Shown here: piece by piece, positions 1-9,319 of the stretch
Position numbering within the stretch: position 1 is the first letter of the stretch
Layout: every line of letters starts with the position of its first letter
Origin: Candidatus Obscuribacterales bacterium
GTDB taxonomy: Bacteria; Cyanobacteriota; Vampirovibrionia; Obscuribacterales; Obscuribacteraceae
DNA: 64,000 nucleotides
Reading direction: 5' to 3'
Assembly (NCBI GenBank): GCA_965228855.1
Contig: CBDDIJ010000002.1
Span: 2,240,001 to 2,304,000, forward strand
Program-made: the position numbers and the translations under genes
Notes under the pieces: model-generated
Database searches by the model: none
The model's input: only the letters and a program-made list of their open reading frames with translations
What the model was told of the DNA's origin: nothing

Positions 1-1001
1 GCGTACATCGCTTCGTTGAACATCGGAAGAATAATTCTGTGGGCGTCGACTTTCTTGCTGGACTTGCGGACTTTGCCGTCAGCATTGAGTTCCTTGATAA
101 TCTCTTCGAGCTTCGGATTGGTTTTCTTTGCTTCGCCTTTTTGAGGGACAGTGCCTTGTTCGTGCAGGTAAAAACCGCTTCCGCTCTTTTGACCGAGGCA
201 ACCGGCTGCGACAAGTTTGTCAAGCAGGGGCGATGACTCGAAGCGCGGACCGTATTCGTTATATAGGAATTTGTTGACGTGAGCGCAGACGTCTAGCCCG
301 GTCATGTCGAACAATGCCAGCGGTCCCATCGGCATTCCGAATTGAACCATCATGTCATCGATTTCTTGCGGCGTGGCGCCTTCTTGCAACGCCCAGAGCG
401 CTTCATTCATGTATGGGAAAAGCAATCTGTTGACAAGGAAGCCAGGGCATTCCTTCACTCGCACAGGAGTTTTCTTCATTACATCCCTGGTGAGTGCCAT
501 TGCGTGTTTAATCGTCTCTTCGCTGGTTTTAACGCCAGGAATCACTTCTACCAATTTCATCACCTGGGCCGGATTGAAGAAGTGCATGCCGAGCACTTTC
601 TCCGGACGCTTCGTTGCCGCAGCGATTTCCGATATCGAAAGCGCCGAGGTGTTCGATGCAAGAAGTGTGTGAGCTGGGCAAATCATGTCGAGCGTTTTGA
701 AGATCTCGAGCTTGACATCGATTTCTTCCAGCGCTGCTTCGATGACGATATCCGGCTCACCGAGCTCGTCATAGCTGGTCGTGCCGCGAACTTTCGAGAA
801 GAGGCGATCTGCGTCTTCCTGTGTCATGGTTCCTTTTTTGACACGGGAGTCGTACATTCTTTTGATGTTTTTAAGGCCGCGTTCGACGAATTCGTCTTTC
901 ACATCCTTCAGTACGACTTCAATGCCAGCCTGGCTGAGTACTTGCGCGATTCCGCTTCCCATCGCGCCGGCGCCAATAACTGTAGCTCTTTCAAACTTCA
1001 T
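1..1001 (-). CDS. 3-hydroxyacyl-CoA (3-hydroxybutyryl-CoA) dehydrogenase with a second C-terminal domain; runs off the window edge
   Basis: Not in the ORF track because there is no stop in the window. Manual translation from ATG at 1001 gives MKFERATVIGAGAMGSGIAQV (Rossmann GxGxxG), then GMPMGPLAL..D..GLDV and LGQKSGSGFY, then a second HRIILPMFNEA motif. Confidence 0.9.
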   Translation of the reverse strand, partial: MKFERATVIGAGAMGSGIAQVLSQAGIEVVLKDVKDEFVERGLKNIKRMYDSRVKKGTMTQEDADRLFSKVRGTTSYDELGEPDIVIEAALEEIDVKLEIFKTLDMICPAHTLLASNTSALSISEIAAATKRPEKVLGMHFFNPAQVMKLVEVIPGVKTSEETIKHAMALTRDVMKKTPVRVKECPGFLVNRLLFPYMNEALWALQEGATPQEIDDMMVQFGMPMGPLALFDMTGLDVCAHVNKFLYNEYGPRFESSPLLDKLVAAGCLGQKSGSGFYLHEQGTVPQKGEAKKTNPKLEEIIKELNADGKVRKSSKKVDAHRIILPMFNEAMY

Positions 1002-1131
1002 TTGAATGCCCTCACGCATTGATCTTTCACTAGATTCGCCATGCTAGCATGTACGGGAACAAACACCTTGCATATCAATGTTTGTTTCCCTTTTCACTAA
1101 TCACGCGAAGCCAAGGTACGGGTGGGGTTGT

Positions 1132-2604
1132 ATGGCACTTGCTGCGAATTTACTGAGACGAGTTCCAAACGTTGCTGAGGATCTGGAAGACCAGGCTCCG
1201 AAGCACCTGGGTTGGTTGATGCTGACCGGTTTGGGAATCGGTGCCACCATCGGTGCTGGCATCTTCGCAATGCCTGGAATTATTGCTGGCAAGGCCGGAC
1301 CGGCTGGGGCTCTGTCGTTCCTGCTAACTGGACTTATCGTTTTAATAGTCGCTATCTGTTATGAAAAGTTTTCGCGCCACATGCCTCATGGTGTTTCGGC
1401 ATACAGTTACGTGTACACCTCTATTGGTGAGGTGGTAGCGTGGGTGGTGGCATTCGGTTTGTTCATGGAATATAGCTTTGGCGCAGCCGCAGTGGCGATC
1501 GCTTGGAGTGTTTATCTTCAAACCGCTTGTGGCTATGAGTTGCCGAAATTCTGGACCGGTTCTCAAATAGAAACTACGACCGCGGCTGTGTTAGACCCAA
1601 GTGGTGCTGTAATAACGCCGGCGATCACCGAGTTTCATTTCGGGATAAACTTCGTCGCCATCCTGGTTGTCGCAGTTATTACTCTCATTCTGATGTATGG
1701 CGGCGTGAGCAAATCGGCGAAGTTGAACTTCGCGCTGGTCGTTCTAAAAATGGCGCTTCTTGCGATCTTCCTGTGCGCCGGAATTCCTCACGTCAATCCG
1801 GCTAACTGGCAGCCGTTTATGCCCAAAGGTTGGGACGGCGTCCTGCAAGGCGCAGCTGTCGCGGTTTTCCCGTACGTCGGTTTTGACGCGCTCTACACAT
1901 TCGCTCGTGAATCGAAGAGCCAAAAGGATACAACTAGAGGAACGTTTCTCTGCGTGGGAATCGTCGCGCTCCTGTATGTTGCGGTGATGGCTGTCGCGAC
2001 CGGTCTTGCTCCGTGCTTCTTCGATGGAGACCCGAATAAACCGAATCCGTTGTTCGTCGGTTCCGAAGCTGCGGCACCACTGGCGAAACTGCTCTCGGCC
2101 GCGGGTGAAACATGGACTGCAAAACTTATCGCTGCAGGTGCCGTTCTCGGTATCTTCAATGTCCTGCTCGTTCTATGTATGGGCGGACCGAGAATCTTCA
2201 GGAATATGTCGGAAGACGGTTTGCTTCCAGCGATATTTAAAAAGTCGCACCTTGGAAATCCGACCTTCGGAATTCTTTTGAACGGCGTTCTTGTTGCCGC
2301 TTTTGCCGGCTTCATGCCCTTTGGCGAGATCGCAGACATGATGGTTCTAGGCACGCTAATCGCATTCATCTTCGTTTGCTTCGGCGCGATGAGAATGAAA
2401 CTCGTCAATCCGCTTCTCGCGATTCTCGGTATGGCAGGTTGTTCTATTCTGGCTGCTAAACTCAATCCAATAGTTTTAAACGCATACGCAATCACGTGCC
2501 CGATTGGTCTTATCATCTACGCGGCTTATGGGTATAGAAACAGCAAATTGCACAAACAGGGCGTCGAAGGAGCGCTTGCTAAGCAGCCCGATCCGGTTCC
2601 CTAA
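1132..2604 (+). CDS. APC-family amino acid permease
   Basis: LGIGATIGAGIF motif, many hydrophobic helices, YVGFD motif. Start ATG 1132 preferred over 1078. Confidence 0.9.
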   Translation: MALAANLLRRVPNVAEDLEDQAPKHLGWLMLTGLGIGATIGAGIFAMPGIIAGKAGPAGALSFLLTGLIVLIVAICYEKFSRHMPHGVSAYSYVYTSIGEVVAWVVAFGLFMEYSFGAAAVAIAWSVYLQTACGYELPKFWTGSQIETTTAAVLDPSGAVITPAITEFHFGINFVAILVVAVITLILMYGGVSKSAKLNFALVVLKMALLAIFLCAGIPHVNPANWQPFMPKGWDGVLQGAAVAVFPYVGFDALYTFARESKSQKDTTRGTFLCVGIVALLYVAVMAVATGLAPCFFDGDPNKPNPLFVGSEAAAPLAKLLSAAGETWTAKLIAAGAVLGIFNVLLVLCMGGPRIFRNMSEDGLLPAIFKKSHLGNPTFGILLNGVLVAAFAGFMPFGEIADMMVLGTLIAFIFVCFGAMRMKLVNPLLAILGMAGCSILAAKLNPIVLNAYAITCPIGLIIYAAYGYRNSKLHKQGVEGALAKQPDPVP

Positions 2605-3671
2605 TTTTTCTTTTGGGAAACAGCGTCCAGTCGTTTCTCAATCACTTTCTTCGTGAGTGGAAAGCTGGCATCGACCATATCGGTGGTTTTATCCTTGGCG
2701 CCGGAACGACCGCCGAACTTCGCACACATAAGCTCTGCAAAACATTCGTGAGGACCGCGAACATCTTTTTGAAGATAGTATGCAATTTTGGTGCGCACAT
2801 AATCATCGCGAATTTGCCCACAATCTAATAGATAAGCATGCTTGTACTCTTCGGTTTCCGAGATGGTACCCATATAGTAATCGATGGCATGGCCTAGTTC
2901 GTGATGAAGAGTGCCGATCGGATCGTCTACTCTGTCCCAATCGAAGCCGTTTCCAATCGTGTACTCGCAGACAACGATGCCGCCAGAATAGAACATTCCA
3001 GGGCAATCTTTATACGTGTGTCCTTCCATATAGCCAGCTGGTTGCTGATTCTCCATACCAGGTTCTTTGTCGACCATGGTCGGGGTGAGCCAGATTTTGC
3101 ACCTGACCTTCTTCAATAACTCAGGCGGATACTCGCGCAATGCTGTTTTAGCCTGGTCGACGAGGGTAGCGGAAACCTGGGGACGATTTTTCAGCGGTGG
3201 TACGATTTTAAGAATGTCGTCGACCACATCGCCACTGGAGCGGGTTGACCCGGTGCGCACAGCAACGGATGAACCGGCTGTTCTCCCCTCCGCGAATTTT
3301 TTCGCTCCAAAAACCGCGTACGAAGGATCGTTTAGATGTTGTGAGTACTGCCGGTCAGATCGTTTCAAAAACTCTTTTATCTCGTAACCCTTACGGCTTG
3401 ATGGAAACGTGCGAACCACGTACCAATAGGCGCGCATCGCCTCATCTGTTTTCCTCTGCATGTTGAGGCAATTTGCGTAGTAGACGTATGCGTCGACATT
3501 GTTCGGGGTGAGGCTGGTTATTTTGTAGAACGCATCACCAGCGCGCACGTAATCTTTCTGTTTATAAACCTGGAGAGCAAGTTGGTAGACATCCTGAGAC
3601 GCTGCCGGCAGGCTCTGCAAAAGAGTTAAAGCTAGAAATAGTAGAGTGAACTTAGTCGACCGTCGAGTCAT
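2601..3671 (-). CDS. Secreted TPR + zinc metallopeptidase (PPEP-1/anthrax lethal factor-like C-terminal domain)
   Basis: Signal peptide, TPR-like helices, HHELGH (HExxH) and downstream ECFAE third-ligand motif. Start ATG 3671 has a GAGG RBS. Confidence 0.7.
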   Translation of the reverse strand: MTRRSTKFTLLFLALTLLQSLPAASQDVYQLALQVYKQKDYVRAGDAFYKITSLTPNNVDAYVYYANCLNMQRKTDEAMRAYWYVVRTFPSSRKGYEIKEFLKRSDRQYSQHLNDPSYAVFGAKKFAEGRTAGSSVAVRTGSTRSSGDVVDDILKIVPPLKNRPQVSATLVDQAKTALREYPPELLKKVRCKIWLTPTMVDKEPGMENQQPAGYMEGHTYKDCPGMFYSGGIVVCEYTIGNGFDWDRVDDPIGTLHHELGHAIDYYMGTISETEEYKHAYLLDCGQIRDDYVRTKIAYYLQKDVRGPHECFAELMCAKFGGRSGAKDKTTDMVDASFPLTKKVIEKRLDAVSQKKN

Positions 3672-3729
3672 CAACCTACCTCGTCGCACCGATTTTATAT
3701 TCCCGAATCGGCGCATCGCCAAGCCCGAT

Positions 3730-6700
3730 TTATTTTGCGTCTATCCAGTTTTTTCCGGAGCCGACGTCTACCTTGAGCGGGGCCTTTAGCGGTTGACCAA
3801 GCTCCATAGCCTTTCTTACGAGTTCTTTAGTCGCTTCCAGTTCTTCATTTGGAACTTCGAGAACCAGTTCATCGTGAACCTGTAAAACCAATTTCGCTTT
3901 GCTGCCGGTTTCAATCAACTTGCGATCGAGTTCAAGCATAGCGAGCTTCATCAAGTCGGCGGCGCTTCCTTGAAGGGGCGCGTTGCATGCGGCTCTCTCA
4001 TCGGCTCGACGAACACCGGTGTTTCTATCATGCAGATGTGTGAAGTATCTCCTTCGTCCCCACAGCGTGCTTACGAAATTGTTCGCGCGCGCTTCTTCAA
4101 CGGTTTTCGTCATGAATACTTTGACTTTCGGCAGGCGGGCAAAGTATTTGTCGATAAACGTTTGCGCTTCCTTCGTGGAGATGCCCAGACTCTGCGCCGT
4201 CGCAAATGGTCCTTGCTGATAGATCAACGCAAAGTTCAACGTTTTTCCAACACCGCGCATTTCGGTATCAACTTTTTCGATTGGAACGTCGAAAATTTCC
4301 ATCGCGGTTCTTGCGTGAATGTCTTGATTCTTTTCGAAGGCGTCAATTAGCGTCTCATCACCGGACATATGAGCGAGCATGCGCAACTCTATCTGTGAAT
4401 AATCTGCTGTTATCAAACTGGAATCAGGGCTTCCAGTGATAAACGCGCCTCTGATTTTTCGTCCCATTTCCGTGCGGATAGGAATATTCTGCAGGTTGGG
4501 GTTACTGCTCGATAGGCGTCCCGTTGCTGCTACAGTCTGGTTGAACTCGCCATGCAAGCGGTTATCGTACTCCAATATTTCTTTCGGCAATGCGTCGACA
4601 TAAGTCGAACGCAGTTTCGTCAGGTGGCGATAATCAAGAATTTTTGGAACGATAATGTGCTCATCTTTGAGCGCATCAAGAACGGACGCGTCCGTTGAAT
4701 AGCCCGTCCCTCCTTTTGTTTTCGCTTTCGTCTTCAAACCGAGTTGGTCAAAGAGAACCTTTTGCAGCTGTTGGGTCGAGTTGATGTTGAAAGAATAGCC
4801 GGAGATATCATAAATTTCTCGCTCTAAGCGCGTGAGTTCGATCGACATCTCGTCCGACAGCTTGCGCAGATATTCTTTGTCGAGCGCAACGCCATTTTGC
4901 TCCATCTTCGCCAGCACTGTAGATAGTGGCAAATCCATCTGATAAAGCAGATAGCGTTGCTCATCATCGAACAGCGCCGCGTAATAGCGCGCGAGCTCCA
5001 AGCCGAGTCGAGCATCGTCGGCTGCAAAGGGTGCGACCTTCTCGACAGGCAGCATGGCAATCTCGAAAGTTTTCTTTCCGCCGGCAAGCGCATCGCTAAT
5101 TGTGCTTATGAAGTAGTTGAAAACTGCTTCTGCTTGATCCTTCAGCGATTGGCGACTGTCCGGATTCTTGATGTAGCTTGCCAGCATTGAATCGCCCACA
5201 AGAGGAGCCATGGTCATTCCAGCCCTGAACAGAATATTTAACTGTTGTTTGGCGTTGTGGGCGACCTTCCCAATTTTGGGATCCTCGATTATTACCTTGA
5301 GTTTGTCTGCCACCATATCCGGTGCGAGCTGATTGACTCCGAGATAGCGATGGCGAACCGGAATATATGCCGTTTTCAAATCGGTAATGCCGGAAGTGGC
5401 GCTTGCGGAGAGCGAGCCGTCCTCTTCCCGTTTTAATCCGTTGCCCCACGCGAATGCCCATCCAATGATTTCTGTATCCAGAGAATTGGCGCCATCAACT
5501 TTCAGTTCGATTGAAACCACTTCTTGTTTTGCAAGAGTGGAAACGAGTTGGCTGAGTTGTTCTTCTGTGGTGATAATGTCGGGAACTGGTTGCGCTGTCA
5601 GTTTCGGCAGGTCAATGGACGGTTCGACTACTGTGACTGTTGAAACTTCGATTTTGAGCTGAGTCGTTTCATCATCAGTCTCTTCGGTGTCCAAACCTTG
5701 CGGTAACTCTCTGCCCGTGGCGTCTGCGAATGTCATCGGCATTACTTCAATGTCGTTGATGATCGCTTTCAGTTTTTTCTCAAGTTCCTTTTTGTCTTGA
5801 CCCTTCTCTGAGAACGACGTGGCCAGGCAGATAGGAAGACGATTAATGAGGTTTCGAAACTGAAGGCTTTTGAAAAACTTGCCGGCTTCCTGAAGATCGG
5901 GCATCGTCAATTTGCAGGCGTCATAATCCATATCGATTGGAACATCCAGCACAATGCGAGCAAGATGCTGACTGGCAAAAGCAACGTCGCGTCCTTCGAT
6001 CAGCTTTGCCTTGACGGCTTTGGCTGTAAGTTCTTCGACGTGCTCATAGACGGACTCGAGCGTTTTGTACTGGGTCAGCAGTTTTACGGCGGTTACAGGA
6101 CCGATTCCTTTGACGCCTGGAATGTTGTCCGAAACATCACCGCACAATGCTTTGTAGTCGATTATTTGTTCGGGCCAGACGCCCATTTTCGCAAACACTT
6201 CCGGTTTCTTATAAGTGACCAGGCCGTTCTTGCCGGGCATCATTACTTCGATCAAACCATCGGCATCGTCGAGCAATTGGAACGAATCCTTGTCCCCTGT
6301 CAGGATGACGACACGCCGCCCGTCTCTGGCCGCGCGTTTCGCAATCGTGCCGATCACATCATCAGCTTCGTATCCAGGTAGTTCCAGAATCGGGATGTTT
6401 AGAGCTTCGACGCCGCGTTTAATTAGAGGCCATTGAACTTTCAGATCGTCAGGCATCTCTTGTCGATTAGCCTTGTATTCCGAATAGTTTTCGTGGCGAA
6501 ACGTCGGTCCGGCTACGTCAAAACTTATCGCCAACATGTGCGGCGCGAGTTTATCAATCATGTCGAACAGGGACATGAAGAAACCCATCACCGCCCATGT
6601 CGGAACGCCTGTTTTGGTGCGCATTCCTGTGGTCAGGAGTGCGAAGAATGAGCGATAAGCCAACGAGCTTCCATCGACCAAAACCAGAGATTCTTTTTCA

Positions 6701-6759
6701 TCAGAGCTATTGGTCGATGTGCTTGATTCGCTATTTGCGCTTACGTTTGTTTCTATCAT
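3730..6759 (-). CDS. polA: DNA polymerase I
   Basis: 5'-3' exonuclease motifs (LVDGSSLAYRSFFA, YEADD, GDVSDNIPGV) and polymerase motifs (TGRLSS, ADYSQIELR, QVHDEL). Confidence 0.98.
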   Translation of the reverse strand: MIETNVSANSESSTSTNSSDEKESLVLVDGSSLAYRSFFALLTTGMRTKTGVPTWAVMGFFMSLFDMIDKLAPHMLAISFDVAGPTFRHENYSEYKANRQEMPDDLKVQWPLIKRGVEALNIPILELPGYEADDVIGTIAKRAARDGRRVVILTGDKDSFQLLDDADGLIEVMMPGKNGLVTYKKPEVFAKMGVWPEQIIDYKALCGDVSDNIPGVKGIGPVTAVKLLTQYKTLESVYEHVEELTAKAVKAKLIEGRDVAFASQHLARIVLDVPIDMDYDACKLTMPDLQEAGKFFKSLQFRNLINRLPICLATSFSEKGQDKKELEKKLKAIINDIEVMPMTFADATGRELPQGLDTEETDDETTQLKIEVSTVTVVEPSIDLPKLTAQPVPDIITTEEQLSQLVSTLAKQEVVSIELKVDGANSLDTEIIGWAFAWGNGLKREEDGSLSASATSGITDLKTAYIPVRHRYLGVNQLAPDMVADKLKVIIEDPKIGKVAHNAKQQLNILFRAGMTMAPLVGDSMLASYIKNPDSRQSLKDQAEAVFNYFISTISDALAGGKKTFEIAMLPVEKVAPFAADDARLGLELARYYAALFDDEQRYLLYQMDLPLSTVLAKMEQNGVALDKEYLRKLSDEMSIELTRLEREIYDISGYSFNINSTQQLQKVLFDQLGLKTKAKTKGGTGYSTDASVLDALKDEHIIVPKILDYRHLTKLRSTYVDALPKEILEYDNRLHGEFNQTVAATGRLSSSNPNLQNIPIRTEMGRKIRGAFITGSPDSSLITADYSQIELRMLAHMSGDETLIDAFEKNQDIHARTAMEIFDVPIEKVDTEMRGVGKTLNFALIYQQGPFATAQSLGISTKEAQTFIDKYFARLPKVKVFMTKTVEEARANNFVSTLWGRRRYFTHLHDRNTGVRRADERAACNAPLQGSAADLMKLAMLELDRKLIETGSKAKLVLQVHDELVLEVPNEELEATKELVRKAMELGQPLKAPLKVDVGSGKNWIDAK

Positions 6760-8491
6760 CTTCTTCTACAGCTGGCTTGATTTCTTGTCGTGGAGCGGGT
6801 TGAACTGATTGCTGCGCCATCGCGTCGGCAAGGGGATGACCTTCCGCATCAGATGGTGCCTCGATTCCGAGCAGTGCCGCGATTGTCGATGAGATGTCTG
6901 CGGGCGAGACGCTCGCACCGTATCTTCCTGGTTTCACACCAGCACCGTAAAGAAGAAGCGGCACTTGTGTGTCGTATGAGAATGGCGAACCATATCCGGT
7001 GCCGTTCGATTCGCTGGTGAATACGAAACCTGGTTTTGGCGTGACGTAGACTTCTCCGCTGCGTCCGAAGTAGTACGCTTTGCGCACCATATCAGCAATC
7101 GGACTGTTTGGTGGCTGGTTTGTGTAGAGCTGCCAGGCCGTGAACACTTCGCCGATACCTGGCACAGAATGCGCGATTCTGCCTACCAATGATTCTACAT
7201 CAGGTTGACGCAGTTTTTGTTTGTCAATTGCATCCAGGTTGAGGTAAAGGTTTGGAGGATCGAAAGAGTCGATCCAGTCTTCTTGTCCCAGCTGCGAATC
7301 GAGCTTCGAATCGAGATAAGTAGTGAAGATTTTCGGATCGATGCGACCGGCGTCCAGACCACGTTCTTTTGAGAACTCAGGAATGGCAGGGCTTCCGTGA
7401 GTGGCAGTGAAAATGATCGTGGTTTTGTTGAAGCCAACCTTTTCATTGATGTATTGAAACAGTTGAGCGAGGCTCTGGTCCATTCTGAGCACGAGATCTT
7501 CGGTTTCCTGACTGTACGGTCCGAACGCCTGGGTAAGTTTTTCACCGGCGTTTAAACTCAGTACGAGCAAATCCGGATCCGGATGCTGCCCTAAGAATTC
7601 CTTCTCGACAGCCTCTCTGGCAAACTCAAGAGCAACCTGGTTAGCGAAAGGCGAGTTCACAAATGGCTCGTAGTAGTCCTGGTTTGCAGACTGTGAGCCA
7701 GCTTGAATCACGTGCGGAAAGATTTTACCGTCTCCAGGACCGGAGCGCTCATAGGGGTAGTCGTCCTTAGTCGAAGCTGCATACTGGTTTTCCGGCAACA
7801 ATCGCTGCCACGGTTTTCCAAGATACTTTTCTCCGGGATGCGTATCGTTAAACGCTTTCACCCAACCGGTAAGTGTTCTGCCGTATTTAGCGGAAGTGAC
7901 GAAATTACCTGTCTTAGGATCGATCCAGTACGCGCTGTTTGCCAGGCGGCCAGTGAGTAACAGGGACGCATCTTCGGAAGTACCGATGGTGAATACCTTG
8001 CTCCGTCCGTTGGTTGCAAGTTTCATTTGATCGCCGATGGTTGTGCCCGAGAGTTTGCAACTGCCGGCTGTGCCATTCGCGCCGACCAATTCGGCATCGT
8101 CGTTGGTGGCGGATGTCGCGCCTTTCTTGCTGCGGCTGTACCAGCTGTTGCCGACTACTGCCGTATGCCAGGGATGGGCTCCCGACGAGATTATGCTCGC
8201 TCCGACAGACGAATGCGTGGTCGCGCATTTGTAGAAGCAACTCGGATATTGCGCGCCTTGTTCCAGCAAGAGGCGCAATCCGCCAGATTGAAACTTATCC
8301 CTATATCTCGCCAGGAAGTTTTGGGGAAACTGGTCGGCGACAACCAGGACTACTAAGCTGGGTCTGCCGCTTTCCTGCGCCTGGACGGGAAGTTGAGGCC
8401 CCATCAGGAAGCAAAGGCTGAGAAACGAAAGGAATACTTTTTGAACTAACTTTGAGGTCATGGTAAAGAATTTGCGCGCGGATGCTGTCAA
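6731..8491 (-). CDS. Exported alkaline phosphatase (PafA-like) family protein, probably catalytically degenerate
   Basis: Signal peptide; VVLVVADQF, SAYWIDPKTGNFVTS and GSPFSYDTQVPLLLYG match the PafA fold. Several metal ligands are substituted. Confidence 0.8.
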   Translation of the reverse strand: MTASARKFFTMTSKLVQKVFLSFLSLCFLMGPQLPVQAQESGRPSLVVLVVADQFPQNFLARYRDKFQSGGLRLLLEQGAQYPSCFYKCATTHSSVGASIISSGAHPWHTAVVGNSWYSRSKKGATSATNDDAELVGANGTAGSCKLSGTTIGDQMKLATNGRSKVFTIGTSEDASLLLTGRLANSAYWIDPKTGNFVTSAKYGRTLTGWVKAFNDTHPGEKYLGKPWQRLLPENQYAASTKDDYPYERSGPGDGKIFPHVIQAGSQSANQDYYEPFVNSPFANQVALEFAREAVEKEFLGQHPDPDLLVLSLNAGEKLTQAFGPYSQETEDLVLRMDQSLAQLFQYINEKVGFNKTTIIFTATHGSPAIPEFSKERGLDAGRIDPKIFTTYLDSKLDSQLGQEDWIDSFDPPNLYLNLDAIDKQKLRQPDVESLVGRIAHSVPGIGEVFTAWQLYTNQPPNSPIADMVRKAYYFGRSGEVYVTPKPGFVFTSESNGTGYGSPFSYDTQVPLLLYGAGVKPGRYGASVSPADISSTIAALLGIEAPSDAEGHPLADAMAQQSVQPAPRQEIKPAVEEDDRNKRKRK

Positions 8492-8761
8492 GGTGTCCCT
8501 CCCTGGGTCAAGCTAAGGCTATGTCGAGCCTTGGTTGCGATGGATTTGCATCGCTTGAGACCATGTATTTTACTTGGTTTTTGTTCGAGTTTTCAGCGGC
8601 TTGACAGGCTGAATTCACTTCAAATTACTTTGTGAAAGCGTGCATTTAAGCTATCGCCTTGATATCTTTGTTGTGTCTCGCGGCTGATTCTGTGTCGTTT
8701 CGTTAAATGACATGCGTCACCTGTCTATTTGAATCGCCGCACTAGTGGAGAAAGAACCGTC

Positions 8762-9202
8762 ATGAGTGAAAGTACCACCTTGATCAAAAAAGCTGTATTA
8801 ACCAGCGTTGGAGCCACTTCTAATCTCGATCGCATTAAAAACGCCCTTAACGATGCAATGCAAGATCTTGTCAAGATCGGTCAGGATCTCGTTGATGAGC
8901 TCGAAGAGCAAGGCAAAATCAAAGCCGATAACGCTCAATCCTTCCTGCGCGGACTTCAAGACGAAGCGACCAAGAAAACCGGTCAAATCGAAAAGAAAGT
9001 AACAGAGAAGGTTCAAGAGAAGGCCAAAGACTTCGGATTCGTCTCGAGAGAAGAATATGAAGAGCTGATCGAGCGCATTGAAGCAATCGAAAAAGCAAAT
9101 GGTTTGCAACCTCCGGCTCAAGATGAGTCGAAGAAAGCAGGCAAGAACAAAAAATCGAAGAAAGAAGAATCCGGCGAAAACAACAACGAAAGCGCCGAAT
9201 AG
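8762..9202 (+). CDS. Phasin-like / PHA granule-associated helical protein
   Basis: LIKKAVLTSVGA ... LVDELEEQGKI ... VSREEYEELIERIEAIE pattern with a Lys/Glu-rich tail. Start ATG 8762. Confidence 0.6.
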   Translation: MSESTTLIKKAVLTSVGATSNLDRIKNALNDAMQDLVKIGQDLVDELEEQGKIKADNAQSFLRGLQDEATKKTGQIEKKVTEKVQEKAKDFGFVSREEYEELIERIEAIEKANGLQPPAQDESKKAGKNKKSKKEESGENNNESAE

Positions 9203-9233
9203 TTCTCGAACGATTTAGTTGATTCGAATTTTG

Positions 9234-9268
9234 AAACCAGTTGTCCGTCAGCCGGACAGCTGGTTTTT
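9234..9268 (+). terminator. Intrinsic terminator after the phasin-like gene
   Basis: aaaccagttgtccg-tcagc-cggacagctggttt stem followed by T residues. Confidence 0.75.
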
Positions 9269-9319
9269 CATTACTTGCGTTGTTTTGAATGACTGGAAAC
9301 GGAATGATTGGAAACGAGG

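Noticed and set aside
342..1022. 226-aa plus-strand ORF
   Set aside because: Antisense shadow of the 3-hydroxyacyl-CoA dehydrogenase on the minus strand.
8601..8631. TTGACA upstream of the phasin-like gene
   Set aside because: No good -10 hexamer at 16-18 nt spacing.
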